The notes beneath the pieces are model-generated. The model had not been told where the DNA came from. It was given only the letters and a program-made list of their open reading frames with translations, and made no database searches. The position numbers and the translations under genes are program-made. From an uncultured Chloroflexia bacterium (GTDB lineage: Bacteria > Chloroflexota > Limnocylindria > Limnocylindrales > CSP1-4), in NCBI GenBank assembly GCA_963813705.1, contig CAWFAH010000010.1, forward strand, positions 921,085 through 985,084: a DNA stretch of 64,000 nt. The letters run 5' to 3'. The first letter of the stretch is position 1. Each line of letters opens with the position of its first letter. Below are positions 38,516 to 47,276 of this stretch, piece after piece.

Positions 38516-39931
38516 ATGGGCAGCACGACCGTCCCCCAGCTCCCGCGCACCCTCGAACCCGCACCGACGGCCGCGTCCGAGCCCGCCTCGAGCGCGCTCG
38601 GCCCGGCGGACCAGCCAACCGATGGACCGATCCCGTCGGCCCTGTCGCGGCGCGGCTTCCTGCGCGGCGCGGCGATCGCCGGCGGCGGGCTGGTCGCTGC
38701 GACGCTCGCCGCCTGTGCGCCGGGCGGCGCGCCGAGCTGGACCTACGGCCCCGGCTCGAGCGCGGCCGCGGGCGCGGCGAGCCCCAGCTCCGCGGCGAGC
38801 CACCACGAGTCGCCCAGCGCGGCCGCGACCGCCGCGGCCTCGGCCGCCGCTTCGCCCTCCTCGTCGGCGACGAGCGGAGAGCCGATCCCGGCGGGCTGGA
38901 CCCAGCACGACCTCGATGCGCGGACGGTCATCCGGCGCTACGTCGGGGATCTCGCCCCGGCCTTCAAGGACATCTACGGCCCGGCCGTGTTCGCCAAGCT
39001 CGCCGAGATCCTCGGCGTCGCCGATGGCTACCCCGAGCTCCAGAAGAAGCCGGCCTTCGTCCAGGTCCCGAACCTCGTCCTGACCGACGCCCTCCAGCCG
39101 CTCATGCCGACGGTCGAGAACGGGGTCAAGGTGTTCAACCTGACGATCGACGAGATCAGCCAGCAGATCGACGAGATGAAGCCGCCGGTCGCAGCGCTCG
39201 GCTACAACAAGCAGTGGCCGGGCCCGACGATCCGGGTCAACCAGGGCGACAGGGTCAGGGCCGTCTTCACGAACAACCTCAAGGAGACGACGAGCGTCCA
39301 CTTCCACGGGGTCGAGCTCGACGACTTCTTCCAGGACGGCATCCCGTTCGTCACCCAGCTGCCGATCACTCCGGGCGAGACGTACACGTACGAGTTCACC
39401 GCCCGGACCGCCGGATCGCAGATGTACCACTCGCACCACAACGCGACCGACCAGGTCGGGCGCGGCCTGCTTGGGGCGTTCATCGTCGAGCCGAAGGACA
39501 ACCCGGTCACGTACGACCGGGAGTACGTCTGGATCTCGAACGACTCGCTCGGCGGGTTCACGATCAACGGCCACGGCTTCCCGGCGACGGTGCCGGTCCT
39601 CGCCGCGGTCGGCGAGACGGTCCTCGTCCGGTTCATGAACGAGGGGATCATGATGCACCCCTGGCACAGCCACGGGTACGCCATGAAGGTCATCGCCCGC
39701 GACGGCCATCCGCTCGGGTCGGCGGCGTTCTCCGCTGACACGCTCGGCGTGAACCCCGGCGAACGGTGGGACGCGACGCTCACCGTGGACCGGCCGGGGA
39801 TCTGGGCGTTCCACTGCCACATCCTCCCCCACGTCGAGGGCGCCAGCGGGATGTTCGGGATGGTCAACACCCTGATCGTCGTTCCCGAGAAGGCCCACGT
39901 CGACGCCATCGTCAAGGCCCTGGTCAGCTAG
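38516..39931 (+). CDS. Multicopper oxidase family protein with Tat signal peptide
   Basis: Tat motif SRRGFLRGAAIAGG. Four copper-site motifs (HFHG, HSHH, HPWHSHG, HCHILPH). Confidence 0.9.
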   Translation: MGSTTVPQLPRTLEPAPTAASEPASSALGPADQPTDGPIPSALSRRGFLRGAAIAGGGLVAATLAACAPGGAPSWTYGPGSSAAAGAASPSSAASHHESPSAAATAAASAAASPSSSATSGEPIPAGWTQHDLDARTVIRRYVGDLAPAFKDIYGPAVFAKLAEILGVADGYPELQKKPAFVQVPNLVLTDALQPLMPTVENGVKVFNLTIDEISQQIDEMKPPVAALGYNKQWPGPTIRVNQGDRVRAVFTNNLKETTSVHFHGVELDDFFQDGIPFVTQLPITPGETYTYEFTARTAGSQMYHSHHNATDQVGRGLLGAFIVEPKDNPVTYDREYVWISNDSLGGFTINGHGFPATVPVLAAVGETVLVRFMNEGIMMHPWHSHGYAMKVIARDGHPLGSAAFSADTLGVNPGERWDATLTVDRPGIWAFHCHILPHVEGASGMFGMVNTLIVVPEKAHVDAIVKALVS

Positions 39932-39982
39932 CGACCGAAGATGACGAACATGACGCCGCCGGGGGGAAACGCGGACGGGACG

Positions 39983-40429
39983 ATGGCCCGGTTCGGGAAG
40001 ATCCTCCTGGCCACCGACCTGACCTCGGCGTCGAGCTCGGCGACGGAGGAGGCCGTCGAGCTCGCGGTCCGGCTCGACGCGCGCCTCCTCGTGATGTCCG
40101 TCCTCGAGACCGGCAAGGGTGGCATGCCCCGGCGCGGCGTCCGGCCGGAGGTTCGCGATGCCCGCTCGCGGGAGATCCAGGCCGTCGTCGGCCAGGCACG
40201 CGCGGCGGGCGCCGATGCCAGCTTCCTCGTATGGGAAGGCGAGGCCGGAGAGGCAATCACCTCCGCGGCCGAGGCCGAGCAGGTCGACCTCATCGTCGTC
40301 GGCTCGCACGGACGGAGCACGGTCGGCCGCTTCCTGCTGGGCAGCGTGTCCGATCATGTCGTCCACCACGCCACGTGCCCGGTCCTCGTCGTCCGGGCCC
40401 CCGAGGACCTTCCGACCCCGATGGGCTGA
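39983..40429 (+). CDS. Universal stress protein (UspA family)
   Basis: [23 protein letters not shown]...[37 protein letters not shown] with the ATP-binding G-2X-G-9X-G(S/T) motif. An alternative ATG at 39941 is possible. Confidence 0.85.
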   Translation: MARFGKILLATDLTSASSSATEEAVELAVRLDARLLVMSVLETGKGGMPRRGVRPEVRDARSREIQAVVGQARAAGADASFLVWEGEAGEAITSAAEAEQVDLIVVGSHGRSTVGRFLLGSVSDHVVHHATCPVLVVRAPEDLPTPMG

Positions 40430-40439
40430 GGCGCGACCA

Positions 40440-40530
40440 CGGGCTGTTGCGCCGGCCCGGGTTGTGGCACCGGCGCGGGCCGTGGCATCGGCGCGGGTTG
40501 TGGCACCGGCGCGGGCGAGGCGTTCCGCGG
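40440..40530. repeat. GC-rich ~20-bp tandem repeats (GTGGCACCGGCGCGGG x3, imperfect) between convergent genes; possible bidirectional terminator
   Basis: Seen directly. Contains GCGCCGG/CCGGCGC inverted elements capable of alternative hairpins. Confidence 0.4.
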
Positions 40531-40531
40531 G

Positions 40532-41335
40532 CTACCTCGTGTACGTACCGTCCGGGTCGAGCTCGACCCGGATGAGCCGGAGCTCCTCGGCGGTCGGCTC
40601 GGGGGTCGTGGTCAGTTCGGGCGCCACTTTCGGCTCCCAGCCGATCGTGTCCCGGACGGCGTCGACCGTCGCGCCGGGATGGAGGGCGTCGAGCCGCATC
40701 TCGCCGGTCTCATCGAAGTGATAGACGGCCAGGTCGGTCACCACCACGCTCGGTCCGCTCCCGAGCCAGCCCTGTTCGCGTCGGATCGACGCGGCGCCGG
40801 CCGCGCCACCGAGGTTGCCGGGGCTCGTCCGGAAGTCGATCCGCTCGACGAACGAGCGCTTCGACTGGCGCATGATTACGAACACCCGGCGCGCGTTGAT
40901 GGCGATCTCGCAGGCACCGCCCGAACCGGGCAGCCGCGTCAAAGGATGGGCGTAGTCGTCGCCGATGACCGTAGTGTTGATGTTGCCGAACCGGTCGATC
41001 TGTGCGGCGCCCAGGAAGCCGACGTCGATCAGCCCGCCCTGGAGGTAGTAGCTGAACAGCTCGAACATGCTCGTGACCGCGATCGCCCCGCTGACGATCG
41101 TCGGGTCGCCGATGCTGAGCGGCAGGCGCGCCGGCTGCGCCCCGAACACGCCCGCCTCGTAGACGAGCTCGAGATCGGGGGCGACCGTGCGCTTGGCGAG
41201 GTTGACCGCGATGTTGGGCAGCCCGACCCCGACGAAGCAGACCCGCTGGCCGGCGAGCTCGCGGGCGGCCGCCACGATCATCATCTCGGACCTCGAGAAG
41301 GGCGCGCCGGTTCCCGCGTTCCGTTCAGTCATGCC
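40532..41335 (-). CDS. CoA-transferase subunit B (3-oxoacid / glutaconate CoA-transferase beta subunit family)
   Basis: ~267 aa from MTERNAGTGAPFSRSEMMIVAAARELAG. Conserved block in sequence: GAAQIDRFGNINTTVIGDY. Confidence 0.85.
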   Translation of the reverse strand, partial: GMTERNAGTGAPFSRSEMMIVAAARELAGQRVCFVGVGLPNIAVNLAKRTVAPDLELVYEAGVFGAQPARLPLSIGDPTIVSGAIAVTSMFELFSYYLQGGLIDVGFLGAAQIDRFGNINTTVIGDDYAHPLTRLPGSGGACEIAINARRVFVIMRQSKRSFVERIDFRTSPGNLGGAAGAASIRREQGWLGSGPSVVVTDLAVYHFDETGEMRLDALHPGATVDAVRDTIGWEPKVAPELTTTPEPTAEELRLIRVELDPDGTYTR

Positions 41336-41735
41336 GCACCGGTTCGCCGGTTGTCCTGACCCGCGGGCGCGTGCGTTGCCGGAGCATGTTGCTCGTGATG
41401 CCTGTCGCCGCATCGGCGGGCCGGGCCGGCGGGACTCGGGCCGGGCGCGCCTCGGCGGTCATGCCGGCGTCGCCAGGCCGGACGCCGCGGGCCGTGGCGC
41501 CTCTGGACCGCCGAACCTGGGACGTTCGAATGGGCGGTTCAGAGGTGACCGACCGCCGGATCGTTCGCCCGGTGTTCCATCCGGCGGCCGGCACCCCGAT
41601 CTGCCCCGCACCTGAACACCAGGCGTTCGAACCGCGACCCGGCCAGGGGTCCAACCGCCCGTCGGAACACCCGGCGTTCGGCGGAGGCCCCAACGGGAGC
41701 CGCGGGCCCACGGGCCCAGCGGTAACGCTCAGGCT

Positions 41736-41864
41736 GATGCGGCGACTCGCATCACCGACGAGGTGCCCGGACGGCGCGATGCGGCGACTCGCATCACCGA
41801 CGAGGTGCCCGGACGGCGCGATGCGGCGGAAGCTCGCATCACCGACAGAGGTGCCCGGACGGCG
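41736..41864. repeat. Tandem repeat, 42-bp unit x3 (third copy 45 bp), GATGCGGCGACTCGCATCACCGACGAGGTGCCCGGACGGCGC; each unit begins with a hairpin GATGCG-N6-CGCATC; MIRU/VNTR-like intergenic repeat
   Basis: Units at 41736-41777, 41778-41819 and 41820-41864. Copies 1 and 2 are identical. Copy 3 carries small insertions. Unit lengths are multiples of 3. Confidence 0.7.
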
Positions 41865-41936
41865 CGGAAGGCGGGCTCCACGCGGGAGGCCGGCGGGCGT
41901 TCGCGGGGGCCAGGGCCGGCGAGCCGGCCGCCGGGC

Positions 41937-42836
41937 TCATCGGTACTGCCCGTAATCGACCGAGCCGGACGGCGCCGAGCCGCTCGGCTGGAGCGCCGCG
42001 ACGCGCTCGGAACCGAGCTTCGCGACGTAGTCGGCACGCCCGTCGAGGCCATAGACCCAGTCGCCCAGCCAGGCCTGGATCGCCGCCTCGTCGCGGCTGA
42101 TCGGATCCCAGTCGAGGTAGAACCGGTTGTCGCGGTCGTAGGCGCCCTGGACGTACGACGGGTGCGCGCCCCACGGCTCGACGACGACGGCGTCGACGAT
42201 CAGCCCGGGGATGATCGTCCGGTTCGGGTCGGCCCGGACGACCGCCTCGTCGACCAGCTCCTCGACGACGACGATGACCCGCTCGGCGGCGAACGCGGCC
42301 TCCTTCTGGCAGCCGAGGAGGCCCCAGACCTGGGTGTTGCCGGCGGCGTCGGCGCGCTGGGCGTGGATCACCGTGACGTCGGGGCGGAGCGGCGGGACGG
42401 CGTAGACGACCCCGTCGCCGTACGGCGAGGCGATCTCGCGGATCAGCGGGTTCGCCTTCGGCAGGTCGGTCTCGAAGTAGCTCCGGAGCGGGTAGAACGG
42501 CAGGTTCGCCGCCCCGGCCGTGTACCGCCCGACCATCCCGAAGTGGCTGTACTCCTCGATCTCGAGGGGTGCCGGGTCGGCGTCCTCGATCCGCCGCCGG
42601 ATCGCGTTCAGCCCACCGACTCCCGGGTTGCCGAGCCAGCTGAAGATGAGCTTCCGGGCCACGCCGCCGGCGACCATCTGGTCGTAGATCAGGTCCGGCG
42701 TCAGGCGGGCGAGGGTGAGGTCGCGCTTCCGCTGGCGGATGATCTCGTGCCCGGCGGCGAACGAGATGAGATGGGTGAAGCCCTCGATCGCCACGGTGTC
42801 GCCATTCCGGACGAGCTCGGCGACGGCGTCGCGCAT
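41937..42836 (-). CDS. CoA-transferase subunit A (glutaconate/3-oxoacid CoA-transferase alpha subunit family)
   Basis: MRDAVAELVRNGDTVAIEGFTHLISFAAGHEIIR...; the start may be further upstream (VSSSKVAT). Confidence 0.8.
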   Translation of the reverse strand: MRDAVAELVRNGDTVAIEGFTHLISFAAGHEIIRQRKRDLTLARLTPDLIYDQMVAGGVARKLIFSWLGNPGVGGLNAIRRRIEDADPAPLEIEEYSHFGMVGRYTAGAANLPFYPLRSYFETDLPKANPLIREIASPYGDGVVYAVPPLRPDVTVIHAQRADAAGNTQVWGLLGCQKEAAFAAERVIVVVEELVDEAVVRADPNRTIIPGLIVDAVVVEPWGAHPSYVQGAYDRDNRFYLDWDPISRDEAAIQAWLGDWVYGLDGRADYVAKLGSERVAALQPSGSAPSGSVDYGQYR

Positions 42837-43003
42837 CGTCGCGACCTTGGAGCTGCTCACGGTCCGATTATCGCGGGCCTGCCGCCCAGCCGTCGCTCCC
42901 CCGGCGACACGGTTTCGTACGATGTCGGACGGGAGTGCGGTCGGACGGGAGTGTCGCGGCGACGCGGGAGATCGCCGCGCGGAGGGAACGGGAGGGTCGC
43001 CGG

Positions 43004-44222
43004 GTGGCCTCGGTTCAACGCGCCCAGGCGGGCTGGGCATCGCTCGCCCGGGGGCTCTTCCTCGTGGCGATGGCCCTGTTCGTGATCACCGTCGCGATCG
43101 GCATCGTCAACGGGCTGGACCTCTACACGTTCGACCACAACCAGCTGCTGACCCACGTCCACTCGGGGACGCTCGGCTGGATCACGCTCAGCCTCGTCGC
43201 CGGTACGTTCTGGCTCGTTCGCGACGGTGACCGCCGGCTCGCGGCGACGCTGGCGATCCTGATCCCGATCTACGTGGCTGCGTTCTACTCGGGCAGCCTG
43301 CCCGCCCGCGCCATCACCGGCACGGCGCTCCTCGTGGCGATCCTGTGGCTCGTCGGGTGGGTCTGGCTCGCCGTCCGCCGCGAACCGACGATCCCGCTCC
43401 TCGCGGTGACCCTTGGGCTCACCTCCTTCGCCTACGGCGCGATCATCGGCGTCCTGATCCAGATCCAGCTCGCGAGCGGGACGAACCTGTTCCCCGGCGG
43501 GGCGGACGCGATCGGCGCGCACGCGGGAACGATGGTCTTCAGCTACCTCATCCTCGTGGCGATGGGGCTGCTCGAGTGGCGCGTCGTCGGCCTGCGCCGG
43601 CGCTCGCGGACCGGGCTCGTCCAGATCGCCGCCCTGTTCGGCGGCGGGCTCCTGCTCGCGCTGAGCCTGCTCTTCCTCGACGCCGCCGCGGTCCAGGCGG
43701 TCGGCGGCATCTACCTCCTGGTCGAGGTCGTGGCCGTCGCCCTGTTCACCGGCCGGGTCGTCCGGCACGCCGTGCGGATCGACTGGCGTGCGGCCAGCCC
43801 GGAGCGCCATCTCGCCGCATCGGCCGCGTTCGTCCTGGTGGCCACGGCGATCTTCCTGTACGTCGTCTTCCTGTTCATCTCGACGGGCGACCAGTCGAAG
43901 ATCCCGGCCGGCGTCCTGATCGCCAGCGACCACGCCGCGTTCATCGGCGTGATCACCAACCTGATCTTCGGGCTGGCGCTGCGGCTCGGCACCGACCGGC
44001 GCGACCGCTGGCCGTGGGCCGACCAGGTCGTGTTCTGGGCGATGAACGGCGGGCTGCTCGTCTTCCTCGCTGGGACTGATCGCGGTGTCGCCGGAGCTCA
44101 AGCGAGTCGGCAGCCCGATCATGGGCATCGCCATCCTCCTCGGCCTGGCGACGATCGCCGTGCGCCTCTGGTCGTCGGACCTGCGCGAGGCCGACACGGT
44201 GGACGAGATCGCGGTCTCCTGA
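43004..44222 (+). pseudogene. Hypothetical polytopic membrane protein (~10 TM) with single-base frameshift near 44072-44075
   Basis: GTG start with a GGGAGGG RBS. Frame 1 gives TM helices up to ...LLVFLAG. A coherent C-terminus (LIAVSPELKRVGSPIMGIAILLGLATIAVRLWSSDLREADTVDEIAVS*) continues in frame +1 to the stop at 44220-22. An extra G in a GGG run explains the shift. Confidence 0.55.
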
Positions 44223-44253
44223 CGGCGTTCCGCCGCCACCGGCAGGCCAGCCG

Positions 44254-45615
44254 TCAGCCGCCGACCTCGCCATCGTGCATTGCGCCGGCTTGGGCGGCCT
44301 CGCGACCCAGCGCCGCGCCGCGCTGAGCCACGTCGGCAACGGCCTCGCCGAAGATCCGCAGGGCGGTCGCCATCTCGGCGGCGCTGACCGTCAGGGCGGG
44401 CGACATCCGGACGCTCTTCCGGCCGCACTCCAGCACGAGGAGCCCGCGCACGAAGCAGGCCCACTGGACCTCCTCGGCGTGCTCGGGCGTGTCGAGCTCG
44501 ATCCCGATCATCAGCCCGCGACCGCGGACGTCGACGATCAGGCCAGGGTGCCGTACGGCCAGCCGGCGGAGCCCCGCGAACGCCTCCTCGCCACGGGCGG
44601 CCGCGTTCTCCACGAGGCCGCCCTCGAGGAGCTCGATCGTGGCCAGGGCGGCCGCGCAGGCGACCGGGTTGCCGCCGTACGTCGAGCCGTGGGCACCGGG
44701 GCCCCAGGCCTCGAGGATCGACGACCGGGCGACGAGCGCGCCGAGGGTCATGCCGCTCGCGATCCCCTTCGCCGCGAGCAGGATGTCGGGCTGCACGCCC
44801 CAGTGCTCGACGGCCCACATCTTCCCGGTCCGCCCGGCGCCCGACTGGATCTCGTCGGCGACGAGGAGAATCCCGTGCTGGTCGCAGATCGCGCGCAGCC
44901 CCTCGAGGAAGCCGTCCTCGGGGACGATGTAGCCGCCCTCGCCCTGGATCGGCTCGACGACGATCGCCGCCACCTCGTCCGCCGGCGCGAGCTTGTCGAA
45001 CAGGACCTCGTCGAACCAGCGCAGGTCCTCGACCCGCCCGAACGGGGCGTGGAAGACGCCCGGCAGGAGCGGCCCGAAGCCGGCGTGGTACTTCGCCTTC
45101 GAGGCAGTCAGGCTGACCGAGCCGTAGCTCCGGCCGTGGAAGGCGCCAAGGAAGGCCACCACGTAGGGGCGGTGCGTCGCGTAGCGGGCGAGCTTGATCG
45201 CCGTCTCGACGACCTCGGTGCCGGAGTTGCCGAGGTAGACGCGCACCGGGCCGTCCATCGGGGCCAGCCCCGCGATCCGCTCGCACGTCTCGGCGTAGAT
45301 CGGGAGGTAGAAGTCCGAGGCGCTGAAGTGGATCAGCTCGGCCGCCTGCTCCTTGATCGCCGCGACGACCTGGGGATGGCTGTGCCCGGTCGAGTTGACC
45401 GCGATCCCCGCCGCGAAGTCGAGGAACAGGTTGCCGTCGATGTCCTCGACCGTCAGGCCCTCGCCGCGAACCGGCACGATCGGGTAGGCGCGGGGCAGGC
45501 TGGGCGAGGTCCAGGTCTCGTCGTAGGCGACGTGGGCGCGGGCTTTCGGGCCGGGAATCTCGGTGACGAGGTCGGGAACCGGCCGCGCCTGAGCGAGCCG
45601 CGATGCCTGGGCCAA
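44254..45615 (-). CDS. gabT: 4-aminobutyrate aminotransferase-like class III PLP enzyme (GabT family)
   Basis: 453 aa. N-terminal GPKARAHVAYDETWTSPS. LVADEIQSGAGRTGKMWAVEHWGVQPDILLAAKG with PLP Lys. STYGGNPVACAAA. Confidence 0.9.
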   Translation of the reverse strand: MAQASRLAQARPVPDLVTEIPGPKARAHVAYDETWTSPSLPRAYPIVPVRGEGLTVEDIDGNLFLDFAAGIAVNSTGHSHPQVVAAIKEQAAELIHFSASDFYLPIYAETCERIAGLAPMDGPVRVYLGNSGTEVVETAIKLARYATHRPYVVAFLGAFHGRSYGSVSLTASKAKYHAGFGPLLPGVFHAPFGRVEDLRWFDEVLFDKLAPADEVAAIVVEPIQGEGGYIVPEDGFLEGLRAICDQHGILLVADEIQSGAGRTGKMWAVEHWGVQPDILLAAKGIASGMTLGALVARSSILEAWGPGAHGSTYGGNPVACAAALATIELLEGGLVENAAARGEEAFAGLRRLAVRHPGLIVDVRGRGLMIGIELDTPEHAEEVQWACFVRGLLVLECGRKSVRMSPALTVSAAEMATALRIFGEAVADVAQRGAALGREAAQAGAMHDGEVGG

Positions 45616-45692
45616 GGGACACCTCGACGCATAGGGTTTATGCAGACTGGATACTCGAGCCAGTCTATCAGACGGCCCGCTAGGATTCGGCC

Positions 45693-46589
45693 GTGAGGCC
45701 GCCGATCCGCTTCGGGCTGTTCATGAGCCAGGCCGGCCGGACCTGGGACGAGGTCCTCGACGGCTTCCGGCTCGCCGAGGACCTCGGCTTCGACCATGGC
45801 TGGCTCGTCGACCACCTCGTGGACACGGACCACGGGCCGGGCGTCCCGGTCCTCGAGGCGTGGACGCTGCTCGCGGCGCTCGCTGCACGGACGAGCCGGA
45901 TCCGGCTGGGCGTCCTCGTCACGAGCAACACCTTCCGCCACCCGGCCCTCCTGCTCAAGGAGGCCGTCACGGTCGACCACGTCAGCGGTGGCCGGCTCAC
46001 CCTCGGCCTCGGGTCGGGCTGGAACGTGGACGAGCACCGGCGCTACGGGATCGACCTCCCGGAGCCGAAGGAGCGGGTGGACCGCCTCGCCGAGGCGGTC
46101 GAGCTCATCGACCGCCTGCAGCGCGAGGAGCGGACGACGTTCGCCGGCCGCTTCTACCACGTCGACGACGCGCCGCTCGACCCGCGGCCGCTGCAGCAAC
46201 CCCGGATCCCGCTGCTCATCGCCGCCCACCGGCCGCGCATGCTCCGCCTCGCGGCGCGCTACGCCGACCAGTGGGACACGTTCCCGACGATCCCCGGGGC
46301 GTCGACCGACGGCGTCGCCCTGTCGATCGCCGAGCAGTCCGCACTTCTCGACGCCGCCTGCCGCGAGCTCGGCCGCAACCCCGACACGATCCGTCGCTCG
46401 ACCTGGGCCGAGTGGGCCGACGTGCTGGTCACCACCGGAGCGTTCGAGGCGTTCGTGGAGTCGCACCGCCGGCTGGGCTTTACCGACTTCACCGTGGTGC
46501 TGCCGCCGCCGGGCCGGCGCAACGTCCTCGAGGCGGTCGCGCGCGACGTGATTCCCCGGCTGCGCGTGGAGGACGTGGCCGCGCGCTGA
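45693..46589 (+). CDS. LLM class F420-dependent oxidoreductase (luciferase-like monooxygenase family)
   Basis: IRFGLFMSQAG...LGFDHGWLVDHL...RIRLGVLVTSNTFRHPALLLKEAVTVDHVSGGRLTLGLGSGW, classic LLM blocks. GTG start. Confidence 0.85.
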   Translation: MRPPIRFGLFMSQAGRTWDEVLDGFRLAEDLGFDHGWLVDHLVDTDHGPGVPVLEAWTLLAALAARTSRIRLGVLVTSNTFRHPALLLKEAVTVDHVSGGRLTLGLGSGWNVDEHRRYGIDLPEPKERVDRLAEAVELIDRLQREERTTFAGRFYHVDDAPLDPRPLQQPRIPLLIAAHRPRMLRLAARYADQWDTFPTIPGASTDGVALSIAEQSALLDAACRELGRNPDTIRRSTWAEWADVLVTTGAFEAFVESHRRLGFTDFTVVLPPPGRRNVLEAVARDVIPRLRVEDVAAR

Positions 46590-46731
46590 CATCGGGGCGC
46601 GGAGTCGCGGCGGTGCGGTCGCACGGTACCGACGGCTCGTCGGATGGCCCGAAGGTCGTAGGCGGGAATGGTCCACCCGCTGGCCCGTACGACCTATCGC
46701 CATGCGTTTGGATGGGGACTAGGCTCGTCCG

Positions 46732-47247
46732 GTGACCTCCGCAGCATCCCCCAAGCGTCGGATCGCGATCGGGTCGACGTTCACCCTCTACGCGGTGCTG
46801 GGCGTGACACCCGACGCCGACCCAGAGACGATCCGCAACGCCTACCGCGAGCTCGCCCGTCGCTACCACCCGGACGCCGGCGGCGACGCCCGCTACATGG
46901 CCGCGATCAACAAGGCCTGGGGCGAGCTGCGCGACCCGGAGCGGCGCGCGGCGTACGACCGCAAGATGCGGCTCGACCGCCCGGTGACGGTGTCGCCCGC
47001 CCCGCGACCCGAGGCCGCCAGCGCGGCGAGCACCGCCACACCCGCCGACGTCGCACCGCCGCCGGCCCCGGCGGCGCCGCGGGCGACGTCGAGCTCGGGG
47101 ACCATCCTCGACTTCGGACGCTACGAGGGCTGGACGATCGGGCAGCTCGCCAGCCGGGACCCGGAGTACCTGCTGTGGCTCGAGCGGACGCCGATCGGCC
47201 GCCCGCTGCGGGCCGAGATCGAGGCCGCGCTCACCGCTCGACGCTGA
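46732..47247 (+). CDS. J domain-containing protein (DnaJ-like co-chaperone domain protein)
   Basis: J-domain with HPD tripeptide (TLYAVLGVTPDADPETIRNAYRELARRYHPDAGGD). Pro/Ala-rich linker and C-terminal domain. Confidence 0.75.
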   Translation: MTSAASPKRRIAIGSTFTLYAVLGVTPDADPETIRNAYRELARRYHPDAGGDARYMAAINKAWGELRDPERRAAYDRKMRLDRPVTVSPAPRPEAASAASTATPADVAPPPAPAAPRATSSSGTILDFGRYEGWTIGQLASRDPEYLLWLERTPIGRPLRAEIEAALTARR

Positions 47248-47276
47248 CGGCGGGCTCGTCCGGGCCGCGTCGCGCG

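Noticed and set aside
37195-40369. Upper 1060 codons of the 1291-aa ORF 36494-40369 (-)
   Set aside because: Only the last 228 codons encode the NarL-type regulator. The remainder is antisense to the kinase and MCO genes with nonsense composition.
41520-41700. tRNA-like TΨC motifs (GTTCGAA) in the CoA-transferase spacer
   Set aside because: I could not fold any cloverleaf (no acceptor/T-stem complementarity, no CCA or anticodon arm) in either orientation. Treated as part of the repeat-rich spacer, not a tRNA.
42857-45622. 921-aa minus-strand ORF
   Set aside because: Only its first 453 codons (44254-45615) correspond to the GabT-like aminotransferase. The rest is antisense to the membrane protein gene.
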